A stretch of DNA of 25,118 nt from a virus (Duplodnaviria > Heunggongvirae > Uroviricota > Caudoviricetes). Below the pieces are notes generated by a model, which saw only the letters and a list, made by a program, of their open reading frames with translations, did not search any database and had not been told where the DNA came from. Shown here piece by piece: positions 10,092-24,039 of the stretch. The stretch is from IMG/VR virus record IMGVR_UViG_2667527914_000011; one strand, written 5' to 3'. A program made the position numbers and the translations under genes. Position 1 is the first letter of the stretch. Every line of letters starts with the position of its first letter.

Positions 10092-10790
10092 TTACTGCGA
10101 AAGTTTGTTAATGGAAAGGAAGCCGCCAAAGTTGCCGACGTTATTGCGAAACTTACAGCCACTCAGGCATTTGCTGCATTTATCCTTCGTGATGTCGGAC
10201 GTTGGCTGGTCATATTCATCCGCGACCGCCGGACCGTGATAACCGCACTCATCGCCGCGATAGGTCCAGGTGCAGGTGTTGGCCAGCATGATACGTCCCG
10301 GAAAAACAGCGCCATCTGTTTCCGTCGGCGTGGACAGTACAAAAGAGGCACTCACCGCGCTCAGTTCGCTGCACTGCTCAATGCGCCAGCGGCTGATCAC
10401 CTCCTGCTCCGGATCGGCGTCACTGTTTCCGTTGACGAAGTTCACCGCATCCAGAAAACGGGCGTAAACCTTACGCCGGACCACCGTTCCGCCGACCAGA
10501 CTCTGTAGATCTTCCGCCATCCCGGTGACCATACCGTACAGGTTAGAAACCATCAGCGTGGGGCGCGTACTGGTGCCTTTGCCATTCAGTTCAAAACCAC
10601 TCCCCTGAATGGGATACGGCTGATACTGTCGCCCCTGCCAGGTGACCGGCTCACCTTTTTCGTTCTGCTCATTACAGAAAAAATAACGTTCTCCACCGAC
10701 CTCTGTCAGATCGATTTCCCAGAGCACCACGCTGGCCGACTGCTCCGCACGGGTGCATTCATTCAGTGTTTCCTGCCGGATATCCTGCAT
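10092..10790 (-). CDS. L: tail tip assembly protein L (C-terminal Cys cluster)
   Basis: 232-aa ORF MQDIRQETLNECTRAEQSASVVLWEIDLTEVGGERYFFCNEQ..., lambda L length; C-terminal CSKCLSGC cysteine motif. Confidence 0.9.
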   Translation of the reverse strand: MQDIRQETLNECTRAEQSASVVLWEIDLTEVGGERYFFCNEQNEKGEPVTWQGRQYQPYPIQGSGFELNGKGTSTRPTLMVSNLYGMVTGMAEDLQSLVGGTVVRRKVYARFLDAVNFVNGNSDADPEQEVISRWRIEQCSELSAVSASFVLSTPTETDGAVFPGRIMLANTCTWTYRGDECGYHGPAVADEYDQPTSDITKDKCSKCLSGCKFRNNVGNFGGFLSINKLSQ

Positions 10791-11119
10791 CAGTTCACCA
10801 CCTGTTCAAACTCTGCGCTGAACTCAACACGCAGCATACTGACCCGCGACGACCATTTTGCGCAGGTCACCTTTATCTGCCGCCACTCATAAGGCGGCGT
10901 CCACAGAAAGGCTTTCCAGCCCCCGTGCTCTTCCAGAAACGACTCCAGTACCATGGCCTCCTCACGGGGGACAGAAAGCGTCACGCTGTACGTTTTCAGG
11001 TTGGCATTCAGCCCGGCAGGCGCTCGCTGGGAATAGCCATCACCAAAGCGCACCTTTCTTACAGAAGGGGCCGAAGCCACATCCATACCGGGTTTCACTT
11101 TCCAGCGGAAGGTTTTCAT
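10790..11119 (-). CDS. M: tail tip assembly protein M
   Basis: 109-aa ORF MKTFRWKVKPGMDVASAPSVRKVRFGDGYSQRAPAGLNANLKTYS..., lambda M length and position. Confidence 0.9.
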   Translation of the reverse strand: MKTFRWKVKPGMDVASAPSVRKVRFGDGYSQRAPAGLNANLKTYSVTLSVPREEAMVLESFLEEHGGWKAFLWTPPYEWRQIKVTCAKWSSRVSMLRVEFSAEFEQVVN

Positions 11120-13677
11120 CGTCCACCTCCGGAGAACAGGCCACCATCACGCATCTGTGTCTGAATTTCATCACGGGCACCCTTGCGGGCCATGTCATAC
11201 ACGGCCTTCATCATCTGTGGACCTGGCAGACCATTCGTACCGTCGTTCTGAATCACCACGTGATTGTTCTGATTAAAATTAATGCCTTCAGCCCGCCGCA
11301 TCTGCGCCGGACTTCCGGCACCGCCCACATAACCACCTTCCGCATAGCCGCGCATCAGCCGGTAGAGATTCCCCACGCCAATCCGGCTGGTTGCCTCCTT
11401 CGTGAAGACAAATTCACCACGGTGAACAATCCCCGCTGGCTCATATTTGCCGCCGGTTCCCGTAAATCCCCCGGTTGCAAAATGGAATTTCACCGCAGCG
11501 GCCTGAATGGCTGTACCACCTGACGCGGATGCGCCGCCACCAACAGCCCCGCCAATGGCGCTGCCGATACTCCCGACAATCCCCACCATTGCCTGCTTAA
11601 GCAGAATTTCTGTCATCATGGACAGCACGGAGCGGGTGAAGCTGCGCCAGTTCTGTTCACTGCCGGTCAGCATCGCCGCCATATTCTGTGCAATACCATC
11701 AAAGGTCTGCGTGGCTGCACTTTTAACCTGTGACATACTGTCCGTGGCGCTCTCTTCCCACTCACTCCAGCCGGACTTCAGGCCTGCCATCCAGCTCCCG
11801 CGAAGCTGGTCTTCAGCCGCCCAGGTCTTTTTCTGCTCTGACATGACGTTATTCAGCGCCAGAGGATTATCGCCATACTGTTCCTTCAGGCGCTGTTCCG
11901 TGGCTTCCCGCGCTGCCTGCCGGTCAGTCAGCCCCCGGTTTTTCGCATCAATGGCTGCCCGTTTTGCCCGTTGCTGCTGTGCGAATTTATCCGCCTGCTG
12001 CGCCAGCGCATTCAGGTGCTCCTGATACGTAACCTTGTCACCAAGTGCAGCCAGCTGGCGTTTGTACTCCAGCGTCTCGTCTTTATGCGCCAGCAGGGAT
12101 TTCTCCTGTGCGGACAGCTGGCGACGTTGTGCCGCCTCCTCCAGTACCGCGAACTGACTTTCTGCCTTCCACAAATCCCGGCGCTGCTGGCTGATTTTCT
12201 CATTCGCTCCGGCATGCTTCTCCAGCGTCCGGAGTTCTGCCTGAAGCGTCAGCAGGGCCGCATGAGCACTGTCTTCCTGACGATCGCCCGCATACACCTT
12301 CACGCCGGACTGTTTCGGCTTTTTCAGCGTCGCTTCATAATCCTTTTTCGCCGCCGCCATCAGCGTGTTGTAATCTGCCTGCAGGATTTTTCCGTCTTTC
12401 AGTGCCTTGTTCAGTTCTTCCTGACGGGCGGTATATTTCTCCAGCGGCGTCTGCAGCCGTTCGTAAGCCTTCTGCGCCTCTTCGGTATATTTCAGCCGTG
12501 ACGCTTCGGTATCGCTCTGCTGCTGCGCATTTTTGTCCTGTTGACGCTGTTGATCTACCCTCTTTTGGGCTGCATCCCGCTCCAGGCGTTTTTTTTCACG
12601 ATCATCCCAGTAACGCGCCCGTGCTTCATCGTTAACGAAATAATCATCCTTGCGCAGATTCCAGATGTCGTCTGCTTTCTTAAACGCAGCCTCTGCCTTA
12701 ATCAGCATCTCCTGCGCGGTATCAGGACGACCAATATCCAGCACCGCATCCCACATGGATTTGAATGCACGTGCAGTCCTGTCTGCCCAGGTCTCCAGCG
12801 TGCCCATGTTCTCTTTCAGGCGGCGGGTCTGGTCATCAAACCCTTTCGTTGCGGCCTCGTTCGCCGCCTGCAATGCCCCGGCTTCATCGCCGGAACGCTG
12901 CAACTGAGCAACATACGCAATCTGCTCCGCCGTCACGTTATGGAACTGGCGTGCCATCGCCGTCAGCCCCGACGTCGGGTCTGTGGTCAGCTTCCCGAAG
13001 GCTTCAGCGACCTTGTCCACCTCCACGCCGGATGCATAGGAGAAACGCGCCACACTCTGGCTGATGGACGCAATCTGAGCCTCACCGCTTACCCCCGCCT
13101 TAACCAGTGCGCTGAGTGACTCGCTGGTCTGGTTAAACGTCAGCCCTGCCGCCTGCCCGGCTCTGGACAGGACCAGCATACGATCTGCCGTCAGTCCCGC
13201 CTGATTACCGGAAAGGACCAGCGTTTTGTTGAAATCGGACAGGGTTGAGTTGCCCTGATACCAGGCATACGCCAGCGCACCGGTCGCCACCGCCAGCGAG
13301 GTGGCCCCCACCATCGGCAGGGTGATCGCGCCGGCAAGCCCCCTGAACATGGGGATCATCCCGCCGAAGGAGTCCTTAACCTGACCACCCTGTTGCAGCA
13401 GGATCAGCCAGGGATTCTGCCCCCCTGCAAGCTGCGTGGCCACGTCGGTGAACTGTGCAGGCAGCATACGCATGGCGGCTTTATACTGCCCGACGGAAAT
13501 CCCCGCTTTCTGTGCAGCCAGCGCCTGTCGGCTCAGCGACTGTTCAACGACTGCCGCTGTTTTTTTCGCATCACTTTCCGTACCGGAAAAATGACGCCTG
13601 ACTCTGGCCATCTGCTCGTCAAATCTGGCCGCATCCAGACTCAAATCAACGACCAGATCGCCTACCGGTTCAGCCAT
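11116..13677 (-). CDS. H: tail tape measure protein H
   Basis: 853-aa ORF, same length as lambda H; coiled-coil-rich middle and Gly-rich C-terminus; 4-nt overlap with M, 8-nt overlap with T. Confidence 0.9.
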   Translation of the reverse strand: MAEPVGDLVVDLSLDAARFDEQMARVRRHFSGTESDAKKTAAVVEQSLSRQALAAQKAGISVGQYKAAMRMLPAQFTDVATQLAGGQNPWLILLQQGGQVKDSFGGMIPMFRGLAGAITLPMVGATSLAVATGALAYAWYQGNSTLSDFNKTLVLSGNQAGLTADRMLVLSRAGQAAGLTFNQTSESLSALVKAGVSGEAQIASISQSVARFSYASGVEVDKVAEAFGKLTTDPTSGLTAMARQFHNVTAEQIAYVAQLQRSGDEAGALQAANEAATKGFDDQTRRLKENMGTLETWADRTARAFKSMWDAVLDIGRPDTAQEMLIKAEAAFKKADDIWNLRKDDYFVNDEARARYWDDREKKRLERDAAQKRVDQQRQQDKNAQQQSDTEASRLKYTEEAQKAYERLQTPLEKYTARQEELNKALKDGKILQADYNTLMAAAKKDYEATLKKPKQSGVKVYAGDRQEDSAHAALLTLQAELRTLEKHAGANEKISQQRRDLWKAESQFAVLEEAAQRRQLSAQEKSLLAHKDETLEYKRQLAALGDKVTYQEHLNALAQQADKFAQQQRAKRAAIDAKNRGLTDRQAAREATEQRLKEQYGDNPLALNNVMSEQKKTWAAEDQLRGSWMAGLKSGWSEWEESATDSMSQVKSAATQTFDGIAQNMAAMLTGSEQNWRSFTRSVLSMMTEILLKQAMVGIVGSIGSAIGGAVGGGASASGGTAIQAAAVKFHFATGGFTGTGGKYEPAGIVHRGEFVFTKEATSRIGVGNLYRLMRGYAEGGYVGGAGSPAQMRRAEGINFNQNNHVVIQNDGTNGLPGPQMMKAVYDMARKGARDEIQTQMRDGGLFSGGGR

Positions 13678-14508
13678 ACCGGACTCCTCCTGCGATCCCT
13701 TCTGATACTGTCATCAGCATTACGTCATCCTCCGTCATGTCCGCCACATCCGGGGAAGCGGGGATAACTTCATTCCCGTCCGGGCCAAAGCGGACACCTC
13801 CGGCAAGCCCTGCCGCTTTCTGCATCAGCACATCATCTTCAGGCTCTTCGTCAGCCTCGCGCCGGTTCAGCAGACTGAAATCCAGCGGATGCATCTCCGG
13901 ATCGCTGAAAAACAGGCTGAGCACGGTGTACGTCAGCCCGGAAAAGTGCATATCCAGCAGAACATCATGAAAATAATGGGTACTGTAAAAGCGGTGCCAG
14001 TCGGCATACTCCGTGGATGACATCCCGGCAAGCATGGCGCGCCAGTCGGGTCGCCCCATCTCACGCGCCAGTTTCAGGGCAAAACTCAGCTCACCGTCGA
14101 ACACTTTCCCGCAGAAACAGGCTCTGCAGGCCCGGCGTCCTCTGCCTGTTCAGGAGCATCATTCACCACAAACTCATACATACCGGACAGCCGGTACACC
14201 ACGTTTTCAGCATGAGAAATTGCCTCTGTGGGCCAGGTGGTAAGCACTTCCTGCTCAATCTGTTTAACGGCTTCATTCATGGACGGCATCTGCGTCTTCT
14301 TCGGATGGTTATGCCACAGGGACATCGCAACCACAAAAGCGCCGGTTCTGATGGCGTCTTCCACAGTAAACTTCCGGTTGCTGTCTGACTCCGCCTGTTC
14401 TGCCTGCCGTTTCATCAGGTCGAGATGCTCAATACGCTGCAGGGCTGACAGTTCAGAAAGCGTGACGGTCACACCGTTATGTTCAAATGATTCGGTTTTC
14501 AGGAACAT
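13670..14508 (-). CDS. T: tail assembly chaperone G-T fusion, made by programmed -1 ribosomal frameshift at 14104..14110
   Basis: T-frame ORF (VFDGELSFALKLAREMGRPDW...GGVRYG) lacks its own ATG and begins exactly at the slippery heptamer in the G frame. Confidence 0.85.
14086..14508 (-). CDS. G: tail assembly chaperone G
   Basis: 140-aa ORF MFLKTESFEHNGVTVTLSELSALQRIEHLD..., lambda G length. Confidence 0.9.
   Translation of the reverse strand: MFLKTESFEHNGVTVTLSELSALQRIEHLDLMKRQAEQAESDSNRKFTVEDAIRTGAFVVAMSLWHNHPKKTQMPSMNEAVKQIEQEVLTTWPTEAISHAENVVYRLSGMYEFVVNDAPEQAEDAGPAEPVSAGKCSTVS
14104..14110 (-). other. slippery heptamer G GGA AAG (programmed -1 frameshift site for G-T)
   Basis: Plus strand ctttccc at 14104..14110; on the minus strand, in the G frame, codons 134-135 are GGA AAG preceded by G. 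Confidence 0.85.
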
Positions 14509-14523
14509 CGCTGACTCTCCGGA

Positions 14524-15264
14524 TTAACTGGCGGTGACGTTGATTTCTGCAACCGCAGCAAACTCACCATTACCAGATACGACCGGAATGTTGACCTTGC
14601 CTGCAGCAACACCTTTCACGGTGATGGTCATACCACTGACCGACACGGTGGCTTTTGTTTTATCCGCAGACACCGCACGGAAGCTCTTGTCGGTTGCGCC
14701 ATCCGGCTGGAATGCCACGGTCAGCGTGGTGCTCTGCCCTTTCACTACGGAAGCACTGGCGGGTGTCACCGTCATGCCGGTCGTCGCCGTCACCGTGCTG
14801 CGATCTTCTGCCATCGACGGACGTCCCACATTGGTGACCTTCACCGTGCGGGTAATCACCTCCTTCGCCGTCACCGCCTTACCGATACTGCTGACCCAGC
14901 CACGGAACACATCGACCGTGCCGTTCGGGAAGCGGATTTTATAGGCACGGGTATCACCTTCATTAAACCACGCCAGCAGCGCCTGCTGCCCCTGCTCTCC
15001 GGGCATCCACGCCAGCGTGAAGCTGGTATCTCCGGCAGATTTCTGCCCCTGCCCGGTCGCAGTCCAGTCTGCATCTTCATCATCGAGATAGCTGTCGTCA
15101 TAGGACTCAGCGGTCAGTTCGCCGGGCGTCAGGTCTTTAACTTTTGCCAGACGCGACCAGTCAACGTCTGAAAGCGGGTTCGCATAAGGGTCACCGCTCC
15201 CCTTATAAACCCACAGGGTGGTCCCGGCACCTTTCACCGGCATTGTAGGATTTGGTACAGGCAT
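14524..15264 (-). CDS. V: major tail tube protein V
   Basis: [36 protein letters not shown]...; start set at the internal Met (246 aa) to match lambda V and the 7-nt spacing after U; the ORF track extends 10 codons upstream. Confidence 0.9.
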   Translation of the reverse strand: MPVPNPTMPVKGAGTTLWVYKGSGDPYANPLSDVDWSRLAKVKDLTPGELTAESYDDSYLDDEDADWTATGQGQKSAGDTSFTLAWMPGEQGQQALLAWFNEGDTRAYKIRFPNGTVDVFRGWVSSIGKAVTAKEVITRTVKVTNVGRPSMAEDRSTVTATTGMTVTPASASVVKGQSTTLTVAFQPDGATDKSFRAVSADKTKATVSVSGMTITVKGVAAGKVNIPVVSGNGEFAAVAEINVTAS

Positions 15265-15271
15265 AGCGTCC

Positions 15272-15667
15272 TCACATTTCATAGATAATGACATAAGTCA
15301 GATCGGCTGAACTCCACAGGCCCGCATCATCGTCGCGCCGGTAGTCATAGCCGCTGGCCACCATACTGGTGATCAAATCTGACAGTGCCGGGATATCGCT
15401 CATCACAGGATAAATCCGGGACTCCATCCACGAATCCAGCTCTGAATCCGGCACCTGAGCAGGCAGGAAAACTTCAATATGCAGCTCCGCCTGCCAGGTA
15501 TCGCTGTCCAGCTCTTCGCCCGTGTATTCAGCGCCGGTGAGATAAACGGCAATTGCCGGAAAATCTTCCTCATCAAAAACAGCGGGGCGACCATCAAAAA
15601 GCGTCGCCCCGGTGTCATGCTTCTCCAGTGCATCCAGTACGGCTGCACGGAGTTCAGTATGTTTCAT
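15272..15667 (-). CDS. U: tail terminator protein U
   Basis: 131-aa [48 protein letters not shown]..., lambda U length. Confidence 0.9.
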   Translation of the reverse strand: MKHTELRAAVLDALEKHDTGATLFDGRPAVFDEEDFPAIAVYLTGAEYTGEELDSDTWQAELHIEVFLPAQVPDSELDSWMESRIYPVMSDIPALSDLITSMVASGYDYRRDDDAGLWSSADLTYVIIYEM

Positions 15668-16242
15668 CGCTTTATTACCATTCTCAGTTGATGCTGCAGC
15701 GCATAGCCCAGCTCTTTCGGAAGACGTTCACGCCGTATCCGTTCAATATTCTGTTTAAACGCCGTGGTCAGCGGCACCGCCATCGGGATTTTCACCACAT
15801 CAATGGGGTAACGGTTTTTCCCGGCCACACGCTGCATAACATGCCACCGGCCGTTTTTCAGTTGCTGAATAAACGCGCCGGGAATACGACGGTTACCCAC
15901 CACAAGCACGCTGCCGCCACCTTTCAGGGATGAACGCTGCCCCTTTTTATGACGCCTGCGGCGGGACAGGACAACCCGCGCATTACCCAGCTTGATTACG
16001 GGCAAATCCCCCCGGTTAACTTTGATTCTGGCCTGCGGATTTTTGACCGTGGCCCTTTTCAGCCTGGCCCTTTCCTTTACCAGTTTCCGGCGTACCTTTG
16101 TCTCACGGGCAACCTGTGACGCAGACTGCGATATCGCGGATGAAGCAACGCGGTTAATGGCCATTGCGGCGGCACCGGGCACCGCCGTTTTGCTGATACG
16201 GCTGAGGTTTTCAACGGCCTGCTCAAGACCTTTTATGGCCAT
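15664..16242 (-). CDS. Z: tail completion protein Z
   Basis: 192-aa ORF, lambda Z length; 4-nt overlap with U. Confidence 0.9.
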   Translation of the reverse strand: MAIKGLEQAVENLSRISKTAVPGAAAMAINRVASSAISQSASQVARETKVRRKLVKERARLKRATVKNPQARIKVNRGDLPVIKLGNARVVLSRRRRHKKGQRSSLKGGGSVLVVGNRRIPGAFIQQLKNGRWHVMQRVAGKNRYPIDVVKIPMAVPLTTAFKQNIERIRRERLPKELGYALQHQLRMVIKR

Positions 16243-16253
16243 ACATCCCCCTT

Positions 16254-16607
16254 TCAGCGGCGACGGTTAACGGCAGGCGGTACGCCCCGTCCAAGCCAGA
16301 GATGACAACTTCCGCCATCATCCGGCGAAACCCGATCTACCCAGAAATTTTCCTCACCGATGGTCAGCGTGTCTCCACGCCGCAGCTGCCGCACCTCATC
16401 AGTCCGGACAAACAGGGACGGGCTGGAGCCTTCAACGCGCACGCCCTGTCCGGCATAGCTGATATTTTCAGGGTCATCAAAAACACCACGTATCACCGCA
16501 CCTGACTGCTCACCGGATGTCATGGTGGCTGACGTTCCCATGTACCCGCGTATCGTTTCATCGGCGCGGGCAATGGCAGCATCGAACAGGTTATCGAAAT
16601 CAGCCAC
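16254..16607 (-). CDS. FII: head-tail connector protein FII
   Basis: 117-aa ORF MADFDNLFDAAIARADETIRGYMGTSATMTSGEQSGAVIRGVFDDPE..., lambda FII length. Confidence 0.9.
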   Translation of the reverse strand: MADFDNLFDAAIARADETIRGYMGTSATMTSGEQSGAVIRGVFDDPENISYAGQGVRVEGSSPSLFVRTDEVRQLRRGDTLTIGEENFWVDRVSPDDGGSCHLWLGRGVPPAVNRRR

Positions 16608-16618
16608 AGCGCCTCCCG

Positions 16619-17017
16619 TTATTGCATTCTGGCCAGGCCGCGCTCTGTCATTTCGGCTGCCACACCGGCAGAGACACGAAACGCCGTTCCCGGCAGCACA
16701 AATGCCACAGGTTTATCCCGCGTGGCGTGAAGTGCATCAGTATGCAGCGTCACCAGTGCCACGACCGTGACCAGTTCAGCCGTATCCTGAATCACGGTAT
16801 CCGGCTGCGCTGATACCACCTCATTTTCATGCCCGGTCAGCACATTTTCCCGGCTGAGAGGGGTGTCCTGACCGGCAGTTTCATCCGTGTCATCAAGCTC
16901 TTCTTCCAGCTCTGCCACACGAAGCGCCAGTTCTTCTTTCGTTCCCGTCAAACTGACATCGCGGTTCAATTGCTCACCCAGCTCCTGAAGACGGGCAATC
17001 AGTTCATCTTTCGTCAT
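16619..17017 (-). CDS. FI: DNA-packaging protein FI
   Basis: Start set at the internal Met (MTKDELIARLQELGEQLNRDVSLTGTKEELALRVAELEEE...) giving 132 aa and the lambda-like 41-nt gap after E; the ORF track extends 13 codons upstream. Confidence 0.85.
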   Translation of the reverse strand: MTKDELIARLQELGEQLNRDVSLTGTKEELALRVAELEEELDDTDETAGQDTPLSRENVLTGHENEVVSAQPDTVIQDTAELVTVVALVTLHTDALHATRDKPVAFVLPGTAFRVSAGVAAEMTERGLARMQ

Positions 17018-17058
17018 GAACTCCTCCACAGAGAGAAAATGGCCCCGAAGGGCCATGA

Positions 17059-18084
17059 TTACGCCAGTTGAACGGACACGAACTCATCAGGATCAGCCAG
17101 CAGCATCAGCGGTGCTGACTGAATCATGGTGAACTCACGCGCCGGATCGCCGGTGGTCACCCAGTTTTTCGGGTAACGGGCAGAAGCGTTAATGCCTTCG
17201 CGCTGTGCGTCCGCATCCTGAATGCAGCCATAGGTGCGCAGACCGCGAGCCTGAGTGTTCCCCAGCACCATCGTGTTGTCCGGCAGGAAGTTCTTTTTGA
17301 CGCCGTTTTCCACGTACTGTCCGGAATACACGACGATGGCCACATCGCCATACATTCCCTTATAGGACACCGCTTTGCCCAGGTCTTTTACCGCTGTCTC
17401 CAGCTCGGAATGAGAGCCGCGACGGGTATCCAGCTTCTCCTTGACGGCTTTGAAGGAACGGAACAGCGCCCAGCCTTTCGGGTCAAACACGATGATATTC
17501 ACCACACCGCTGGCGTTCAGCGCGTAGGCTTCGATATCGTCGGTCGGGTCATACGTGGACTTGTCACGCTTGCTCCACTCCGTGACGCCGGACTGTGTGA
17601 TGTTGTTCGCCGCACTGCGGCCCATATCCACCTCAACCGGATCGAAGGCTTCACCGGTCATGGTGTATTTGCCCTTGAGCACGGCAGAAACTGCCTGCAT
17701 CTCTTCGACCTGAGCAATGGCCAGCTCTTCGTCACGCATGTTCTGCATGATGATGCGACGGCGGCGGTAAGCCGGGTCCGCCAGATTCTGCGGATCTTCA
17801 TCCGGCAGGCGACGCAGGGTCATCTGCGGATTCACCTCATGCTTGGGTTTGACATATCCCGGCGTAAATTCAGAGGTGGAGCCGCCACGGGAACGGATAA
17901 CCTCACCGGAAACAATCGGCGAAACGTACAGCGCCATGTTTACCAGTCCCGGAATTTGTGAGAGATAGACTTTCTCCGTAGTGAAGGGATAGCTCTCACG
18001 GAAAAAGAGACGCAGAAACAGCGGATCAAACTTAAATTTCTGCTCATTTGCCGCCAGCAGCTGGGCGGTTGTGTACATCGACAT
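17059..18084 (-). CDS. E: major capsid protein E
   Basis: MSMYTTAQLLAANEQKFKFDPLFLRLFFRESYPFTTEKVYLSQIPGLVNMALYVSPIVSGEV..., 341 aa from the internal Met; 55-nt gap after D as in lambda. Confidence 0.92.
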   Translation of the reverse strand: MSMYTTAQLLAANEQKFKFDPLFLRLFFRESYPFTTEKVYLSQIPGLVNMALYVSPIVSGEVIRSRGGSTSEFTPGYVKPKHEVNPQMTLRRLPDEDPQNLADPAYRRRRIIMQNMRDEELAIAQVEEMQAVSAVLKGKYTMTGEAFDPVEVDMGRSAANNITQSGVTEWSKRDKSTYDPTDDIEAYALNASGVVNIIVFDPKGWALFRSFKAVKEKLDTRRGSHSELETAVKDLGKAVSYKGMYGDVAIVVYSGQYVENGVKKNFLPDNTMVLGNTQARGLRTYGCIQDADAQREGINASARYPKNWVTTGDPAREFTMIQSAPLMLLADPDEFVSVQLA

Positions 18085-18139
18085 AAAAAAATCCCGTAAA
18101 AAAAGCCACACAGGCGGCCTTTAGTGATGAAGGGTAAAG

Positions 18140-18472
18140 TTAAACGATGCTGATTGCCGTTCCGGCAAACACGGTCCGTTTTTTCGTCTCGTCGCTGGCA
18201 GCCTCCGGCCAGAGCACATCCTCATAACGGAACGTGCCGGACTTGTAGAACGTCAGTGTGGTGCTGGTCTGGTCAGCAGCAACCGCAAGAATGCCAACGG
18301 CAGCACCGTCGGTGGTGCCATCCCACGCAACCAGCTTACGGGTGGAGGTGTCCAGCATCAGCGGGGTCATTGCAGGCGCTTTCGCACTCAATCCGCCGGG
18401 CGCGGTTGCGGTATGAGCCGGGTCACTATTGCCCAGCGGCTGGTAATGGGTAAAGGTTTCTTTGCTCGTCAT
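18140..18472 (-). CDS. D: head decoration protein D
   Basis: [41 protein letters not shown]..., 110 aa from the third codon of the tracked ORF. Confidence 0.9.
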   Translation of the reverse strand: MTSKETFTHYQPLGNSDPAHTATAPGGLSAKAPAMTPLMLDTSTRKLVAWDGTTDGAAVGILAVAADQTSTTLTFYKSGTFRYEDVLWPEAASDETKKRTVFAGTAISIV

Positions 18473-18481
18473 AAACATCCC

Positions 18482-19087
18482 TTACACTGGTGTGTTCAGC
18501 AAATCGTTAACGGCATCAGATGCCGGGTTACCTGCAGCCAGCGGTGCCGGTGCCCCCTGCATCAGACGATCCAGCGCAGTGTCACTGCGCGTCTGTGCAC
18601 TCTGTGGTGCTGCGGCCAGAATACGGCGGGCCGTTTCCACGGTCATACCGGGGGTTTCGGCCAGCACGCGTGCCTGTTCTTCGCGTCCGTGAGCCTCCTC
18701 ACAGTTGAGGATCCCCATAATGCGACTGTTTTCTGCCGCAACCGCTGCGGTGATCTGCGCGTTCACGTCCGGCTGCGCCGCGCTGGCGTTCTCGCCCTCC
18801 GTCGCTTGCACCACGCCAGTAACGTCAGCCTGCGAAGCAGTGGCTGAAACAGTTGTTGATTGAGTCTCTTTGGTCATTCGCCCTCCTGAGAGACGGGATT
18901 TACGTGCATCCAGTGCATCACGCATGACGGTGATCGCATCGGTACTGTTAACAAGTTCATCAGCCAGTCCGGCATCAATGGCCTCCTGACCGCTGTACAC
19001 TGCAGCCTCGGTATCCAGCACAGCCTGCACGGACAGGCCGGTATATGCCGACACCTTCTGTGCAAACATCCGGCGGGTTGCATCCAT
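18482..19087 (-). CDS. Nu3: capsid scaffolding protein Nu3 (nested in-frame within the 3' part of C)
   Basis: Internal ATG in the C frame giving a 201-aa product MDATRRMFAQKVSAYTGLSVQAVLDTEAAVYSGQ..., same length as lambda Nu3. Confidence 0.8.
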   Translation of the reverse strand: MDATRRMFAQKVSAYTGLSVQAVLDTEAAVYSGQEAIDAGLADELVNSTDAITVMRDALDARKSRLSGGRMTKETQSTTVSATASQADVTGVVQATEGENASAAQPDVNAQITAAVAAENSRIMGILNCEEAHGREEQARVLAETPGMTVETARRILAAAPQSAQTRSDTALDRLMQGAPAPLAAGNPASDAVNDLLNTPV

Positions 19088-19781
19088 CCGGGACTGCAAT
19101 GTTTCCCGGACATCATCCGGTAGATGGCTGTAGGGGTTGCCATCCACCTTATGGCTGCCGCTGTAAATCAGCGTGATTTCCACGCCCTGTTTCTCCAGTG
19201 CAGCGCCGTAATTACTGTGAGCCATCATGACGCCGATGGAGCCTGTCCGGGCGGTCTGCGTGACCAGACGCCGGGAGGCGGCACTGGCAAGCAGCTGACC
19301 TGCGCTGCAGTTCATGTCATTGGCCAGCGCCCATACCGGCTTTATGTCACGCACACGGGCGATGATGTCAGCGCAGTCAAATGCTCCCGCCACCATTCCG
19401 CCCGGTGTGTCCATATCGAGCAGAATGCCGTCCACCATCGGGTCGCTGGCAGCCTGTTGCAGACGGGCGATAATGCCGTTGTAACCGGTCATCCCCGAGT
19501 ACGGCTGCAGCGCCCGCGTCCGGCTGACCAGCGTGCCGGACACCGGCAGCACGGCGATGCCGTTCATTACCTGATAACTGCGGGCCTGTCGTGGTCCGTC
19601 ATCATCACCGGATAACGCCAGCGCCGCGGGTGCCTCTCCGGCAGTCAGGCTGTCGCCGGATACTGCATCCGTCAGGCAGCTGATCCCAAGCTGGCCTGCA
19701 AGCGCACAAAAGAAAACCCGCGCATAGGCGGGTTCAAGCATCAGCGGCTCATTAAAAGCCATGCTGGCAATATGCGGGAGA

Positions 19782-19801
<20 letters not shown>
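18482..19801 (-). CDS. C: head maturation protease / minor capsid protein C (ClpP/S49-like)
   Basis: 439 aa from a GTG start at 19801 (VTAELRNLPHIASMAFNEPLMLEPAYARVFF...); 20-nt overlap with B as in lambda; the ORF track extends 45 codons upstream into B. Confidence 0.88.
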
Positions 19802-23482
<3,681 letters not shown>

Positions 23483-23508
<26 letters not shown>

Positions 23509-24028
23509 TCAGCAACCCCGGTATCAGTTCATCCAGCGCGGCTGCTTTGTTCATGGCTTTGATGATATCCCGTTTCAGGAAATCAACATGTCGGTTTTCC
23601 AGTTCCGGAAAACGCCGCTGCACCGACAGGGGGATCCCGTCGAGAATACTGGCAATTTCACCTGCGATCCGCGACAGCACGAAAGTACAGAATGCGGTTT
23701 CCACCACTTCAGCGGAGTCTCTGGCATTTTTCAGCTCCTGTGCGTCGGCCTGCGCACGCGTAAGTCGATGGCGTTCGTACTCAATAGTCCCTGGCTGGAG
23801 ATCTGTCTCGCTGGCCTGCCGCAGTTCTTCAACTTCCCGGCGCAGCTTTTCGTTCTCAATTTCAGCATCCCTTTCGGCATACCATCTTATAACGGCGGCA
23901 GAGTCATAAAGCACCTCATTACCCTTGCCACCGCCTCGCAGAACGGGCATTCCCTGTTCCTGCCAGTTCTGAATGGTACGGATACTCGCACCGAAAATGT
24001 CAGCCAGCTGCTTTTTGTTGACTTCCAT
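23483..24028 (-). CDS. Nu1: terminase small subunit Nu1
   Basis: 181-aa ORF MEVNKKQLADIFGASIRTIQNWQEQGMPVLRGGGKGNEVLYDSAAV..., lambda Nu1; winged-HTH N-terminus. Confidence 0.92.
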
Positions 24029-24039
24029 TGTTCATTCCA

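Noticed and set aside
9765-10508. 247-aa + strand ORF spanning K and L
   Set aside because: Antisense to two conserved tail genes; Pro/Arg/Ala-rich; shadow ORF
11507-13119. Multiple 100 to 190-aa + strand ORFs inside H
   Set aside because: Antisense to the tape measure gene; no start-site signals; H occupies the sense frame with a lambda-length product
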